This document shows, one piece after another, positions 20,842-29,803 of a stretch of 64,000 bases of DNA. The position numbers and the translations under genes were made by a program. The DNA comes from an uncultured Armatimonadetes bacterium. GTDB lineage: Bacteria > Armatimonadota > UBA5829 > DTJY01. The DNA is taken from NCBI GenBank assembly GCA_963717145.1, contig OY970325.1, positions 3,840,001-3,904,000 of the forward strand. Direction: 5' to 3'. The number at the start of each line of letters is the position of its first letter. Within the stretch, counting starts at the first letter, position 1. The notes under the pieces were generated by a model. That model did not search any database and had not been told where the DNA came from. It saw only the letters and a program-made list of their open reading frames with translations.

Positions 20842-20898
20842 GGTGTTCATCGACTCCTGCGAGGATTATAGCCGTTCCGCTTGCATTACGCAAGCGCT

Positions 20899-22053
20899 CT
20901 ATCTCATCAGCGGGCTCAGGGAGCGGAGGCGGGCGACTATGGGCGGGAAGTGCTCGAGGACGAAATCGAGGTCTGCCTTGGTGGTGAAGCGGCCGAGGGA
21001 GAAGCGGATCGTGCCGTGCGCGATATCGAGTGGAAGCCCAATCGCCTTCAGGACGTGCGACGGTTCGAGCGACCCCGAGGTACACGCCGAGCCGCTCGAG
21101 GCCGCCACGCCGATCATGTCGAGGCTGAGGAGCATCGACTCGCCCTCGATGTACCGGACCGCGACGTTCACGTTGTTCGGGAGCCGCCTGGTGGGATGGC
21201 CGTTCAGCCGAATGCCCTCGATCCGCCCGACCAGCCCGCTGATGAGGTAGTCGCGCAAGTCGGAGATCGACCGCGCGCGCGCCTCGATATCCACCTGCGA
21301 GATCTCCAATGCCTTCGCCAGGCCGACGATCCCCGGGACGTTCTCCGTCCCTGCACGACGCTGGCGTTCCTGGGAGCCGCCGTGGATGATCGGGGCAATC
21401 CGCGTCCCCTTGCGGACGTAGAGCGCGCCGATCCCCTTCGGCCCGTAGAACTTGTGCGCCGTGAGGGTGAGCAGATCGACGCCGAGGTCGTCGACGTTCA
21501 CCGGGATCGCGCCGACCGCCTGCACCGCATCCGAGTGGAGCAGAATCCCTCGCTCGCGGGTCACCTTCGATATCTCATCGAGCGGCTCGATCGTCCCGAT
21601 CTCGTTGTTCGCGTGCATCACGGAGACCAGGATCGTCTTGTCCGTGATCGCCTTCTCGACATCGGCCGAATCGACGAGGCCGTGTTGATCGACCGGGAGG
21701 ACGGTGGTCTCGACGCCGGCGGCCTTGAGGTACTCGCAGGTCTCGAGGACGGCATGGTGCTCGATGGCCGTCGTGACGATGTGGTTGCCCTTCTTCGCGG
21801 CTTTCGCTATCCCGATCAGCGCGAGGTTGTCGGACTCCGTGCCGCCGCTCGTGAAGTAGACCTCCGAGGCATCCGCGCCGATGATGCGCGCGACCGCATC
21901 CCGGCTCTCATCGAGCGCGCGCTTCGCCTCCTGGCCGAAGGAGTGCACGCTCGACGGGTTGCCGAACATCTCGGTCATGTATGGCCGCATCGCATCGGCG
22001 ACCTCCGGCAGCACCGGCGTCGTCGCGGCGTAATCGAGGTATATTCGTCTCAT
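20899..22053 (-). CDS. iscS: Cysteine desulfurase
   Basis: IYLDYAATTP, GNPSSVH, TAHKFYGPKG and SSGSACTS motifs. Confidence 0.93.
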   Translation of the reverse strand: MRRIYLDYAATTPVLPEVADAMRPYMTEMFGNPSSVHSFGQEAKRALDESRDAVARIIGADASEVYFTSGGTESDNLALIGIAKAAKKGNHIVTTAIEHHAVLETCEYLKAAGVETTVLPVDQHGLVDSADVEKAITDKTILVSVMHANNEIGTIEPLDEISKVTRERGILLHSDAVQAVGAIPVNVDDLGVDLLTLTAHKFYGPKGIGALYVRKGTRIAPIIHGGSQERQRRAGTENVPGIVGLAKALEISQVDIEARARSISDLRDYLISGLVGRIEGIRLNGHPTRRLPNNVNVAVRYIEGESMLLSLDMIGVAASSGSACTSGSLEPSHVLKAIGLPLDIAHGTIRFSLGRFTTKADLDFVLEHFPPIVARLRSLSPLMR

Positions 22054-22132
22054 GCCCTGATGTTAAAGCATCAGGCTGCGAATGTCAAAGCATGCTGAAG
22101 CAAGCTGACACCTTGCTGGGTAAGAACAGGGT

Positions 22133-22666
22133 ATGCCAAAGACCATCTGGACCGTGGGACATTCGACCCGAACCATCGACGAGTTCATCGCCCTCTTGAA
22201 GGGCTTCGATATCGAAGTCGTGGCGCATGTCAGGACCATCCCGCGCTCCCGGAGAAACCCTCAGTTCAACCGGGACGAGCTGGAGCGGGTACTTCCCGAG
22301 GCCGGGATCGAGTATGCGTACCAGGACCACCTCGGCGGGCTGCGGCATCCCCGGAAGGACTCGACGAACACTGCCTGGCAAGACGAGGGCTTCCGAGGCT
22401 ACGCGGACTACATGCAGACGCCCGCGTTCGATGAGTCGCTGGAACGGCTGATCGAGCTTGCCGAGCGGAAGCGCACGGCGATCATGTGCGCGGAGGTCCT
22501 GCCGTGGAAGTGCCACCGGTCACTCATCGCCGATGCACTCGTCGTCCGTGGCTTCGACGTCATCGAAATCATCGGCGAGGGGGAATCCCGCCGGCACAAG
22601 ATGACCCCCTTCGCCCGGGTCGAGGGCGTGAAGGTCACATATCCTGACGTTGAAGCATCAGTCTAG
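22133..22666 (+). CDS. DUF488 family protein
   Basis: IWTVGHSTRT, LGGLR and IMCAEVLPWKCHRSLIAD motifs. Confidence 0.85.
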   Translation: MPKTIWTVGHSTRTIDEFIALLKGFDIEVVAHVRTIPRSRRNPQFNRDELERVLPEAGIEYAYQDHLGGLRHPRKDSTNTAWQDEGFRGYADYMQTPAFDESLERLIELAERKRTAIMCAEVLPWKCHRSLIADALVVRGFDVIEIIGEGESRRHKMTPFARVEGVKVTYPDVEASV

Positions 22667-24254
22667 CAGCCTGTCCATGAAATAACCTCTGGCGCAAGGT
22701 GCCAGGTATGTAGTAAAATACGGGTATGAGCAAGCCATACCTTCCTTATCAACCTGACCAGATATTGCTGTTGCCGCCCTTGATGTCGGAGTGGCTGCCC
22801 GAGGGACATCTCGCATACTTTGTGAGCGATGTCGTAGACAGTCTCGACCTTTCCGCGATATACGCCTCATACGAGAAAGAGGCCCGAGGAGCGCCGCCGT
22901 TCCATCCGGCAATGCTTACAAAGATCATATTCTACGGTTTGTGCCGGGGAGTGTATTCATCTCGAAAGCTCTCCCTGGCCACGTATGAAGATGTAGCCTT
23001 CCGGGTGCTTGCGGCAGGAAATCATCCCGACTTCCGCACGATAAGCGAGTTCAGGAAGAGGCATCTCAAGTCCCTTGCGGACCTGTTTGTGCAAGTGCTC
23101 AGGCTATGCGCAAGCGCCGGGCTTGTGTCGATGAAACACATAGCCATAGACGGAACAAAGCTGCTTGCCAACGCAAGCAAGCACTCCGCCATGAGCTACT
23201 CTCGGATGGTCGAGAAAGAAAAAGAGCTTCAGGCTGAGATCGAGGCGCTCCTTGCGAAGGGTCTTTCTGTGGACGACCAGGAAGACGCGGAATATGGTCT
23301 TGACCGCCGAGGAGACGAACTCCCGGAGGAACTCGCAACCAGAGAGAAGCGGCTCGCCAAGATCAGGGAAGCAAAAGAAGCGCTGGAGCGCGAGGCCAAA
23401 GAGCGAGCATCAGCCGAAGAAGCGATGCGAGCCCAAGAGAAGGCGGAGCAGGAAGCATCCGGGAAGAAGCCTCGCGGCAGAGAGCCGGGGCCCGTAAAGA
23501 CAGAGCCGGAAGGGAAGGCACAGCGGAACTTCACAGACCCGGAAAGCCGGATAATGAAGGACGCAAAGAAAGCCTTCGTGCAGGCATACAACGGACAAGC
23601 TGCGGTAGACGCAGATCATCAGATTGTAGTGGCGTGTGATCTCACGAACCAGGCAGCGGACTCACCGCATCTTAGTGACATGATCGAGGCAATCAAGGAG
23701 AACACCGGAAAGAAACCGGAAGAACTATCCGCCGATGCCGGATACTTCAGCAGCGACAACATAGAGATGGTCGAGCAGCAAGGGATCGACGCTTATATAC
23801 CGCCTGACAGACAACGTCATGGCAAAGAGCCGACGGCGCCTTCCTGCCTTGATCCGGCAAAGCAATCCGCCGCAGATCGCCAGAGAGCAAAGCTCTTGAC
23901 TCCTCTTGGCCGAAAGATCTACGGGAGGCGGAAGGAGACGGTAGAGCCGGTGTTCGGCCAGATCAAGAGCGCACGGAACTTCCGAGGCTTCCTACTCCGA
24001 GGCCTTGCGAAAGCGAAGTCGGAGTGGACGCTTGCGTGTCTTGGGCACAACATGCTGAAGCTATACCGATACGGCGACCGGAAATCGATCTTCGATACGT
24101 AGATATATGACCTGGATCAGGCTGATTATCAAGGTACAAGGGGTCTTTACAGACCCTCGCCGGAAATCCGGCGAAAAACACTATCGAACAGCAGCCAGCG
24201 CGACCCCGCAGATGGGAAACTCACCCACATAGCGGGGAATTCTCAGACAGGCTG
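22667..24254 (+). mobile_element. IS1182-family insertion sequence flanked by a CTAG duplication
   Basis: Ends CAGCCTGTC.../...GACAGGCTG; CTAG at 22663..22666 and 24255..24258. Confidence 0.85.
22726..24102 (+). CDS. IS1182-family DDE transposase
   Basis: WLPEGHLAYFVSDVVD, PDFRTISEFR, IDGTK, NFTDPESRIM, ADAGY and RKETVEPVFGQIK motifs. Confidence 0.92.
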   Translation: MSKPYLPYQPDQILLLPPLMSEWLPEGHLAYFVSDVVDSLDLSAIYASYEKEARGAPPFHPAMLTKIIFYGLCRGVYSSRKLSLATYEDVAFRVLAAGNHPDFRTISEFRKRHLKSLADLFVQVLRLCASAGLVSMKHIAIDGTKLLANASKHSAMSYSRMVEKEKELQAEIEALLAKGLSVDDQEDAEYGLDRRGDELPEELATREKRLAKIREAKEALEREAKERASAEEAMRAQEKAEQEASGKKPRGREPGPVKTEPEGKAQRNFTDPESRIMKDAKKAFVQAYNGQAAVDADHQIVVACDLTNQAADSPHLSDMIEAIKENTGKKPEELSADAGYFSSDNIEMVEQQGIDAYIPPDRQRHGKEPTAPSCLDPAKQSAADRQRAKLLTPLGRKIYGRRKETVEPVFGQIKSARNFRGFLLRGLAKAKSEWTLACLGHNMLKLYRYGDRKSIFDT

Positions 24255-24264
24255 CTAGCAATCG

Positions 24265-25287
24265 TCACTCAGGAGTCACCCACCGCCGCCTGAACTCCCT
24301 CCACTCGGAGTCGGAGGTTGTCCACTCGGCATACACCGCGGCCCCCACCTTGCGCCGATCGTCTCCATTCAGCCTGGCAACCCCGGCCTGCAGTCCGCTG
24401 ATCGCAGTCCCGACGTTCTCAACCCGCCGTATGTGGGCCAAAGACCCCTTCTCGTAGGTCGGGATGCCGATCAGCAGGTCATCGACACCGTTTGCCACCG
24501 ACCATTCGACGATCCAGGCGATATCCCGGCCGTAGAGTCCGGGCAGCGGGATGCCGGAATCGTAGGCCATCACGGCCACCTGGTCCACCTGATGAGCCAC
24601 TTTGAGGAAATAGTCACGATTCCAATACCCAGGATTCGTTGCGACCCTTTCGGCAATCCACACCATGGCCGAAACCGGCGACGGCTTTGAGGCTGCAACG
24701 GACAGGACGGCGCCTCGCTTCCGTGTCACGAGGTGAGTTGTCTCTAGCAGCGCGATGAAATCTCGATCGCCGCTGTGGATCGGCTCGATGTCGTAGTGTA
24801 TGCCGTCGAACCCGAGGTCGAGCAGCCACTCCGCGGTGCGGATGATCGCGGACCGGGTCTTAGCTGAGGAGATATCAAGCGGCCCGCCTCCCCTGCGCTC
24901 GACCTGCCCGAGCCACGCCTGCAGTCGCACCTCCGGGGCAAGCTTCTTCATGCTGGCGACGAAGTCCCTGATAGCCCGCGCCTTGTTCCGATCAATGGTA
25001 CCGTCCGCCAGCAGAGGGCCTGTGTGGACGTAGGCATCGCTCATCTTCATCTCGGTGAGCAGGAGTGCAAGGTCCCGATACTGGGCTTCCGAACGCGGTT
25101 CGCCCACCCATGCGTGCCGGATCCAGAGTGCATTATGTCCCTCGGAGGTGACAGCGGGCACGCGGGACCTGAAGGTGAATTCCTCGGCGATGATGAGCAA
25201 GCCGATCACGAGCAGGAAACCGGCGATCGTGAGTAGCCGCTTCCGAGTGAGCCGGCCTTTCTTGCGAAGTCTCGGTAAGTTGGACAT
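24265..25287 (-). CDS. Membrane-anchored GH18-like TIM-barrel protein
   Basis: N-terminal TM segment; GFDGIHYDIEP and VAVMAYD motifs. Confidence 0.65.
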   Translation of the reverse strand: MSNLPRLRKKGRLTRKRLLTIAGFLLVIGLLIIAEEFTFRSRVPAVTSEGHNALWIRHAWVGEPRSEAQYRDLALLLTEMKMSDAYVHTGPLLADGTIDRNKARAIRDFVASMKKLAPEVRLQAWLGQVERRGGGPLDISSAKTRSAIIRTAEWLLDLGFDGIHYDIEPIHSGDRDFIALLETTHLVTRKRGAVLSVAASKPSPVSAMVWIAERVATNPGYWNRDYFLKVAHQVDQVAVMAYDSGIPLPGLYGRDIAWIVEWSVANGVDDLLIGIPTYEKGSLAHIRRVENVGTAISGLQAGVARLNGDDRRKVGAAVYAEWTTSDSEWREFRRRWVTPE

Positions 25288-25292
25288 CTCTC

Positions 25293-26891
25293 TCAGTCCG
25301 GGCCTTCCGTGACGATTGAGCGCTTGCGTCGGAAGCGGCGGGCGATCTGGCCCCAGACCTCGGCGGCCTCCTGCACCTTCAGGAGCGCCACCAGTCCCGC
25401 ATAGACCAGTACCCCGAGTCCGCCGGCGACGAGCACGCCGATCGAGGCGCCGGACCGCAACGAGGTGTCGAAATGACCGCCGACCATCCGGAACGCGTAC
25501 CACGCCACTCCGCCCGCCGCCAGCGACGCGAGAGTCACCTTTGCGAACGAATGAATGATCAGCCCGCCGTTCAGCCCGCCGAGCCGACGACGGAGGAGTT
25601 CCATCATGATCGTGAGGTGGAGCGCCACCGCGATGGAGGTCGCAAGCGCGAGCCCGCCGTGTCCGAGCGGCTTCATCAGCAGCCAGTTCAGGGGAATAAA
25701 TATGAACGTCACGATCGTTCCGCTGATCACCGGCACCATCGACTCCTGCAGGGCATAGAACCCGCGGGAGGCAACCGCCTGCCCGGCCCACGCCGCGAGC
25801 CCGATCGAATAGAAGATCAGCGCGTAGGCCACATACGGCGCGTCCGACGGTACGAACTCCCCGTGCTGGAAGAGCATCCGAACGATCGGCGTTGCAAGCA
25901 CGATCATCAGCACCGACGACGGTACCGTCAGGAAGAACACGCCCCGGAGCCCGAAGTTCAATCCGTCGCGAAGCTCGCGCATCTCATTGCGGGCGGCCTG
26001 CGCGGCGAGGGTGGGGAACAGGGCCACCGCGGAGGCCTGCGCGAATACCCCCAAAGGCATCTGCATCAGCCGATTTGCGTAGTTCAATGCCGCGACCGCT
26101 CCCTCGCTCAGGGTCGACGCGAAGGCCCGGTTGATGATGACATCGACGTATGGAAGCGAGAGCCCGAGCATCACCGGGAGCGCGAGCTTCCCGACCTTCA
26201 CTACGCCGGGGTGACGCAGGTAGAGGCTCGGACGGAACTTTGCGCCGAACCTGCGCGCGACCAGGATCTGCAGCAGGAAGTTGCCGACGAACGAGCCGAC
26301 GAGCACGCCCCAGGTCAGTCCCACGATGCCGAGCTGGCCTGCCAGGAACAGCCCGCCGCATATGATGCCGACGTTGTAGATGATCGGACCGAGCGCGGGT
26401 GTGACGAAGTGCTGACGCGAGTACAGCGTCGCCATCACGAGCCCGCCGATAAGGAAGAACATCTGAGCCGGCAGGACCACTCGTGTTAGCAGGACGGAAA
26501 GATCGAAGAGTTCGCGGTTCTTCAACACGCCGGGCGCCACCAACGGCAGCAGATGAGGGGCCAGGAACTCGCAGACGACTATCAGCACGACCAGGACGCC
26601 GAAGATGAACGTGCCGACGATGCTGAATATCTTCCACGCCTCCTTCTCCTCGCCCTTGGTCAGGTATTCGGTGAACACCGGGATGAATGCGGCACTCAAT
26701 GCACCGCTCGAGAGCAGGAAGTAGAGGAGGTCCGGCAGTTGGAAGGCGATGCCATACGCATCCACCTCGAGGCCGACGCCGAACTTGCTGGCGATAACCA
26801 TCTCCCGGACGACGCCCAGGATGCGGCTCAGCAAAATGGCCACCATCATGATGCCGGCGGCCTTGGTTACGGTCTTGGTGGTGGTGGACAT
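25293..26891 (-). CDS. murJ: Lipid II flippase MurJ
   Basis: LLSRILGVVRE, SAAFIPVF and YANRLMQMPLGVF motifs; many TM segments. Confidence 0.95.
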   Translation of the reverse strand: MSTTTKTVTKAAGIMMVAILLSRILGVVREMVIASKFGVGLEVDAYGIAFQLPDLLYFLLSSGALSAAFIPVFTEYLTKGEEKEAWKIFSIVGTFIFGVLVVLIVVCEFLAPHLLPLVAPGVLKNRELFDLSVLLTRVVLPAQMFFLIGGLVMATLYSRQHFVTPALGPIIYNVGIICGGLFLAGQLGIVGLTWGVLVGSFVGNFLLQILVARRFGAKFRPSLYLRHPGVVKVGKLALPVMLGLSLPYVDVIINRAFASTLSEGAVAALNYANRLMQMPLGVFAQASAVALFPTLAAQAARNEMRELRDGLNFGLRGVFFLTVPSSVLMIVLATPIVRMLFQHGEFVPSDAPYVAYALIFYSIGLAAWAGQAVASRGFYALQESMVPVISGTIVTFIFIPLNWLLMKPLGHGGLALATSIAVALHLTIMMELLRRRLGGLNGGLIIHSFAKVTLASLAAGGVAWYAFRMVGGHFDTSLRSGASIGVLVAGGLGVLVYAGLVALLKVQEAAEVWGQIARRFRRKRSIVTEGPD

Positions 26892-26901
26892 GACGGGACT
26901 A

Positions 26902-26930
26902 AGTATAGGTTTCCGGCCCAGTGGTGTCAA
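26902..26930 (-). promoter_or_regulatory. murJ promoter
   Basis: TTGACA-17-TATACT, 10 nt upstream of the ATG. Confidence 0.7.
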
Positions 26931-27063
26931 TGTGGCGCAAAGGGATAGGGGTTGGTGGTTGATGGTCAATGGTGGTGGCCTCCAGATGCAGAAGTTCCAT
27001 TGGCCATCAACCACTAGATTAGACGACTGGATTCAGGAAAAGTTTCATTGAAGGTGGCTGCCA

Positions 27064-27092
27064 TTGACAATCTCGACGCGAACCGTTACAGT
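27064..27092 (+). promoter_or_regulatory. Promoter upstream of the riboswitch
   Basis: TTGACA-17-TACAGT. Confidence 0.7.
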
Positions 27093-27115
27093 AGACATCG
27101 TTCCGAGTGTCCCGC

Positions 27116-27228
27116 ACAAAGGGGAGTAGCACGCCGCCGACCGGCGGTGCGGATGGGGTCAACACCACGCCCACTGGGCTGGTCCCTCCTGCAACCTGCA
27201 AGATTGGCTGCAATGCAAGACCTTTGGC
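27116..27228 (+). ncRNA. yybP-ykoY (manganese) riboswitch aptamer
   Basis: Hallmark ends CAAAGGGGAGTAGC ... GCAAGACCTTTG, with an internal GTCAACAC segment. Confidence 0.85.
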
Positions 27229-27267
27229 TCCGTCGGCCGTGCCGATGCGTTTGCCAAGGGTCTTTTT
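27218..27267 (+). terminator. Riboswitch expression-platform terminator
   Basis: AGACCTTTGGC pairs with GCCAAGGGTCT, followed by a T tract; overlaps the aptamer P1 3' strand. Confidence 0.75.
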
Positions 27268-27292
27268 GGTGAGATCAGGGAGTAATGATGCC

Positions 27293-28267
27293 ATGGTATT
27301 CTTGGAGTTCACCGGCCTGCTGTTACTGATTATGTTCGCCGCGTATCTGCTCAGTCACGGAGCAGAAGTCATGGCCGACAAGTGGGGCACAACCATCGCA
27401 GGGAGCCTCATCCTCGGCCTTCTGACGACACTCCCGGAGTACACGTTCGTGTACTGGGCCTCGGTGAAGGGCCGCTATGACATGGCTATCGGGTCGGCAA
27501 TCGGGGCCTGCACTCTGCTCGTCACGCTGGGATATGGGCTCGTGATTCTGGTCGCGACCACGAAGCTCAGCCGAAAGCCGGTCCCCAATATCAGACTGAC
27601 CAAAGCCACACGCGTTGACGCGGCGTTCCTGCTCATTACCGCGCTCGTAGCGTTGCTCTTCGTCTGGAACGACAGCGCGCTCAGCCTCTTGGAAGGCATC
27701 ATCCTTGCCGCGGTGTTCCTGACCTACGTGGTGTTGGTCGTCACGATGTGCGGCAAGCACGGGGAGGAACTGCTGCATGTTCCGCACCGAAAGCTCTTCA
27801 TCGCGCTCGGACAGATACTGATCGGTGGAGCGGTGATCTTCCTGGTATCGGAGCCGTTTGTTGATACCATGATCCTCCTGGCGCAGGCGTTCAACGTGAG
27901 CCCGGTGGTGATCGCGATAGTGCTCGGACCGATCGCCTCGGAGATGCCGGAGAAGATGACGGCATACATCACTGTGTGGAGGAACGGCAAGCTGGCGCAG
28001 CTCTCGATCTCCAATTTCATCGGGTCGAAGGTGAATCACAACAGCCTGCTGCTCGCCATCATCCCGTTTGTCGGGTACGCCAAGCAGCACGGGAAGATCC
28101 CCGGCCTGATGTCGCCCATGTTCCTCGTGATGACCATCATGACCGTGTTCGTCTCGGCGATGTTGGCAAGAGGGCGCATCGAGCGATGGAATGGAGCGGT
28201 CCTGGTCGCGTGCTACATTGCGATCATGATCCTGGCCGTGCAGACCACTGCGACCATTACGCACTAG
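27293..28267 (+). CDS. Ca2+/cation antiporter (CaCA, Na/Ca exchanger family)
   Basis: About 10 TM segments with two alpha-repeat-like motifs, TTLPEY and ASEMPEK. Confidence 0.8.
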   Translation: MVFLEFTGLLLLIMFAAYLLSHGAEVMADKWGTTIAGSLILGLLTTLPEYTFVYWASVKGRYDMAIGSAIGACTLLVTLGYGLVILVATTKLSRKPVPNIRLTKATRVDAAFLLITALVALLFVWNDSALSLLEGIILAAVFLTYVVLVVTMCGKHGEELLHVPHRKLFIALGQILIGGAVIFLVSEPFVDTMILLAQAFNVSPVVIAIVLGPIASEMPEKMTAYITVWRNGKLAQLSISNFIGSKVNHNSLLLAIIPFVGYAKQHGKIPGLMSPMFLVMTIMTVFVSAMLARGRIERWNGAVLVACYIAIMILAVQTTATITH

Positions 28268-29561
28268 TCCCGGCATTGCGCTCGTTGCCGTCGTCCAGGC
28301 AGACGGACTGCACGCCTATCCGGCGCTCGTCGCAATCCTTCACAAAGATCATCACCAGAATGAAGCAGACGGTGAGGGCGAGCGCGCTGACGGCGAACGG
28401 AGAGTAGTGAGAGTTCAGGTCCAGGCCGATGAAGCCGCCGATCCGCACCTTCTCGTAGAGATGAGACCCCAGCACCGTCCCGACGACCGCGCCGATCCCC
28501 TGAGCGGTACCGAGCGCCCCCACTACAGCGCCTCGTACCCGGGGCGACGACATGTCCGAGACCAGTGCGAGCCACGCCGGCATCGCGATCACGAACCCTA
28601 CTCCAAGCAGCATCCCGACCATGGCGAACTGCAGCGCTGAGTGGGACACCAGGACCGCCCACATTGCGACGGCGGCGAGTGCGATGCCGAGGCGCACGGA
28701 ACGAGCCTTCCCCCAGCGGTCGCCCAGGCGACCTGCCACCAGGCTCGCGACTGCCACTGCGATCGCGATCGGCAGCACCAGCACACCGAAGCCGGTCTCG
28801 TTGAGTCTCAACTCGTCCATAGCGAAGTACTTCACGATCGGGATGAGCAGGCCGACACCGAAGAACGCGATGAAGGCCGTGAGCATCATGTCCGGCACGG
28901 CCCTGATCCCGATTGAAAGCTGGGAGAGTCGGAAACCCTCTTCGTGAACGTCGTCGGATTCCATCTCCTCCCTGGACCTGTGCGGCGTCAGGAACCAGGC
29001 GACGAGCGCGGTGGCCAGGAAGAGCACGCTCACGAGATAGAACGAGGCGAGTTTGGATCCCGTGAGATCGTTGGCCAGCCCGCCGAGTAATGGGCCCAGC
29101 GCCACTCCGCTCATATAGGTCACGGTCATGGCGGACATCGCCATAGTGCGCTTCTCCTGGGGGACGCTCCCGCTGATGGCGGCGATCAAAGTCGGCCAGA
29201 TGGCGGCGGCAGCCACTCCGTCGAACGCCCTGAGCACCAGTAGATACGGTAGCTTGGTCGTGACGGTCATGATCAGCGCCGTGACGCACGAGATCAGCGC
29301 GCCGACCACGATCAGTGGCCGCCTGCCGAGCCGATCGCCCAGGGATCCCATCGGCGACTTGAACATCGCCTCGACGACGAGAAACGTCCCGATGACTATT
29401 CCCACCTGAGCTTTGAGGCCGATATGCTGCGCGTACGGCGGGATGGCGGACTGGTTCAGCACCGCATATGCCAGTTCCGCCACCGCCGATACTACGCCTA
29501 GATATATGAGCGTGTGATAGGTCTTGTAGAACGGACCATATCTCGCCAGGAGCTTTGACAA
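28257..29561 (-). CDS. MFS transporter
   Basis: GSLGDRLGRR and GRLGDRWGK motif A; about 12 TM segments. Confidence 0.9.
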   Translation of the reverse strand: MSKLLARYGPFYKTYHTLIYLGVVSAVAELAYAVLNQSAIPPYAQHIGLKAQVGIVIGTFLVVEAMFKSPMGSLGDRLGRRPLIVVGALISCVTALIMTVTTKLPYLLVLRAFDGVAAAAIWPTLIAAISGSVPQEKRTMAMSAMTVTYMSGVALGPLLGGLANDLTGSKLASFYLVSVLFLATALVAWFLTPHRSREEMESDDVHEEGFRLSQLSIGIRAVPDMMLTAFIAFFGVGLLIPIVKYFAMDELRLNETGFGVLVLPIAIAVAVASLVAGRLGDRWGKARSVRLGIALAAVAMWAVLVSHSALQFAMVGMLLGVGFVIAMPAWLALVSDMSSPRVRGAVVGALGTAQGIGAVVGTVLGSHLYEKVRIGGFIGLDLNSHYSPFAVSALALTVCFILVMIFVKDCDERRIGVQSVCLDDGNERNAGTSA

Positions 29562-29598
29562 TGTGCTCTCCGCAACAACTCGAATCCTGTCATCCTGG

Positions 29599-29721
29599 GC
29601 ACACCGTCAGTCCTGAGTGCGCCGGTGAATGACGGCGTGTATCGAAGGACGGCCTTGTTGCGCCGAGCCGTCCTTCGATACACGCCGTCATTCACCGGCG
29701 CACTCAGGACTGACGGTGTGC
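29599..29721. repeat. CGTC-type palindromic element with perfect 55-bp arms and a 13-nt loop
   Basis: 29599..29653 is the exact reverse complement of 29667..29721. Confidence 0.9.
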
Positions 29722-29803
29722 TTTTGTCGCCAATCGTCTGCGCTGCAGAACGCAATGGAGTTGCCTGGCATGACAGCAGCGTGATCATGCAGCGATCACT
29801 GCC

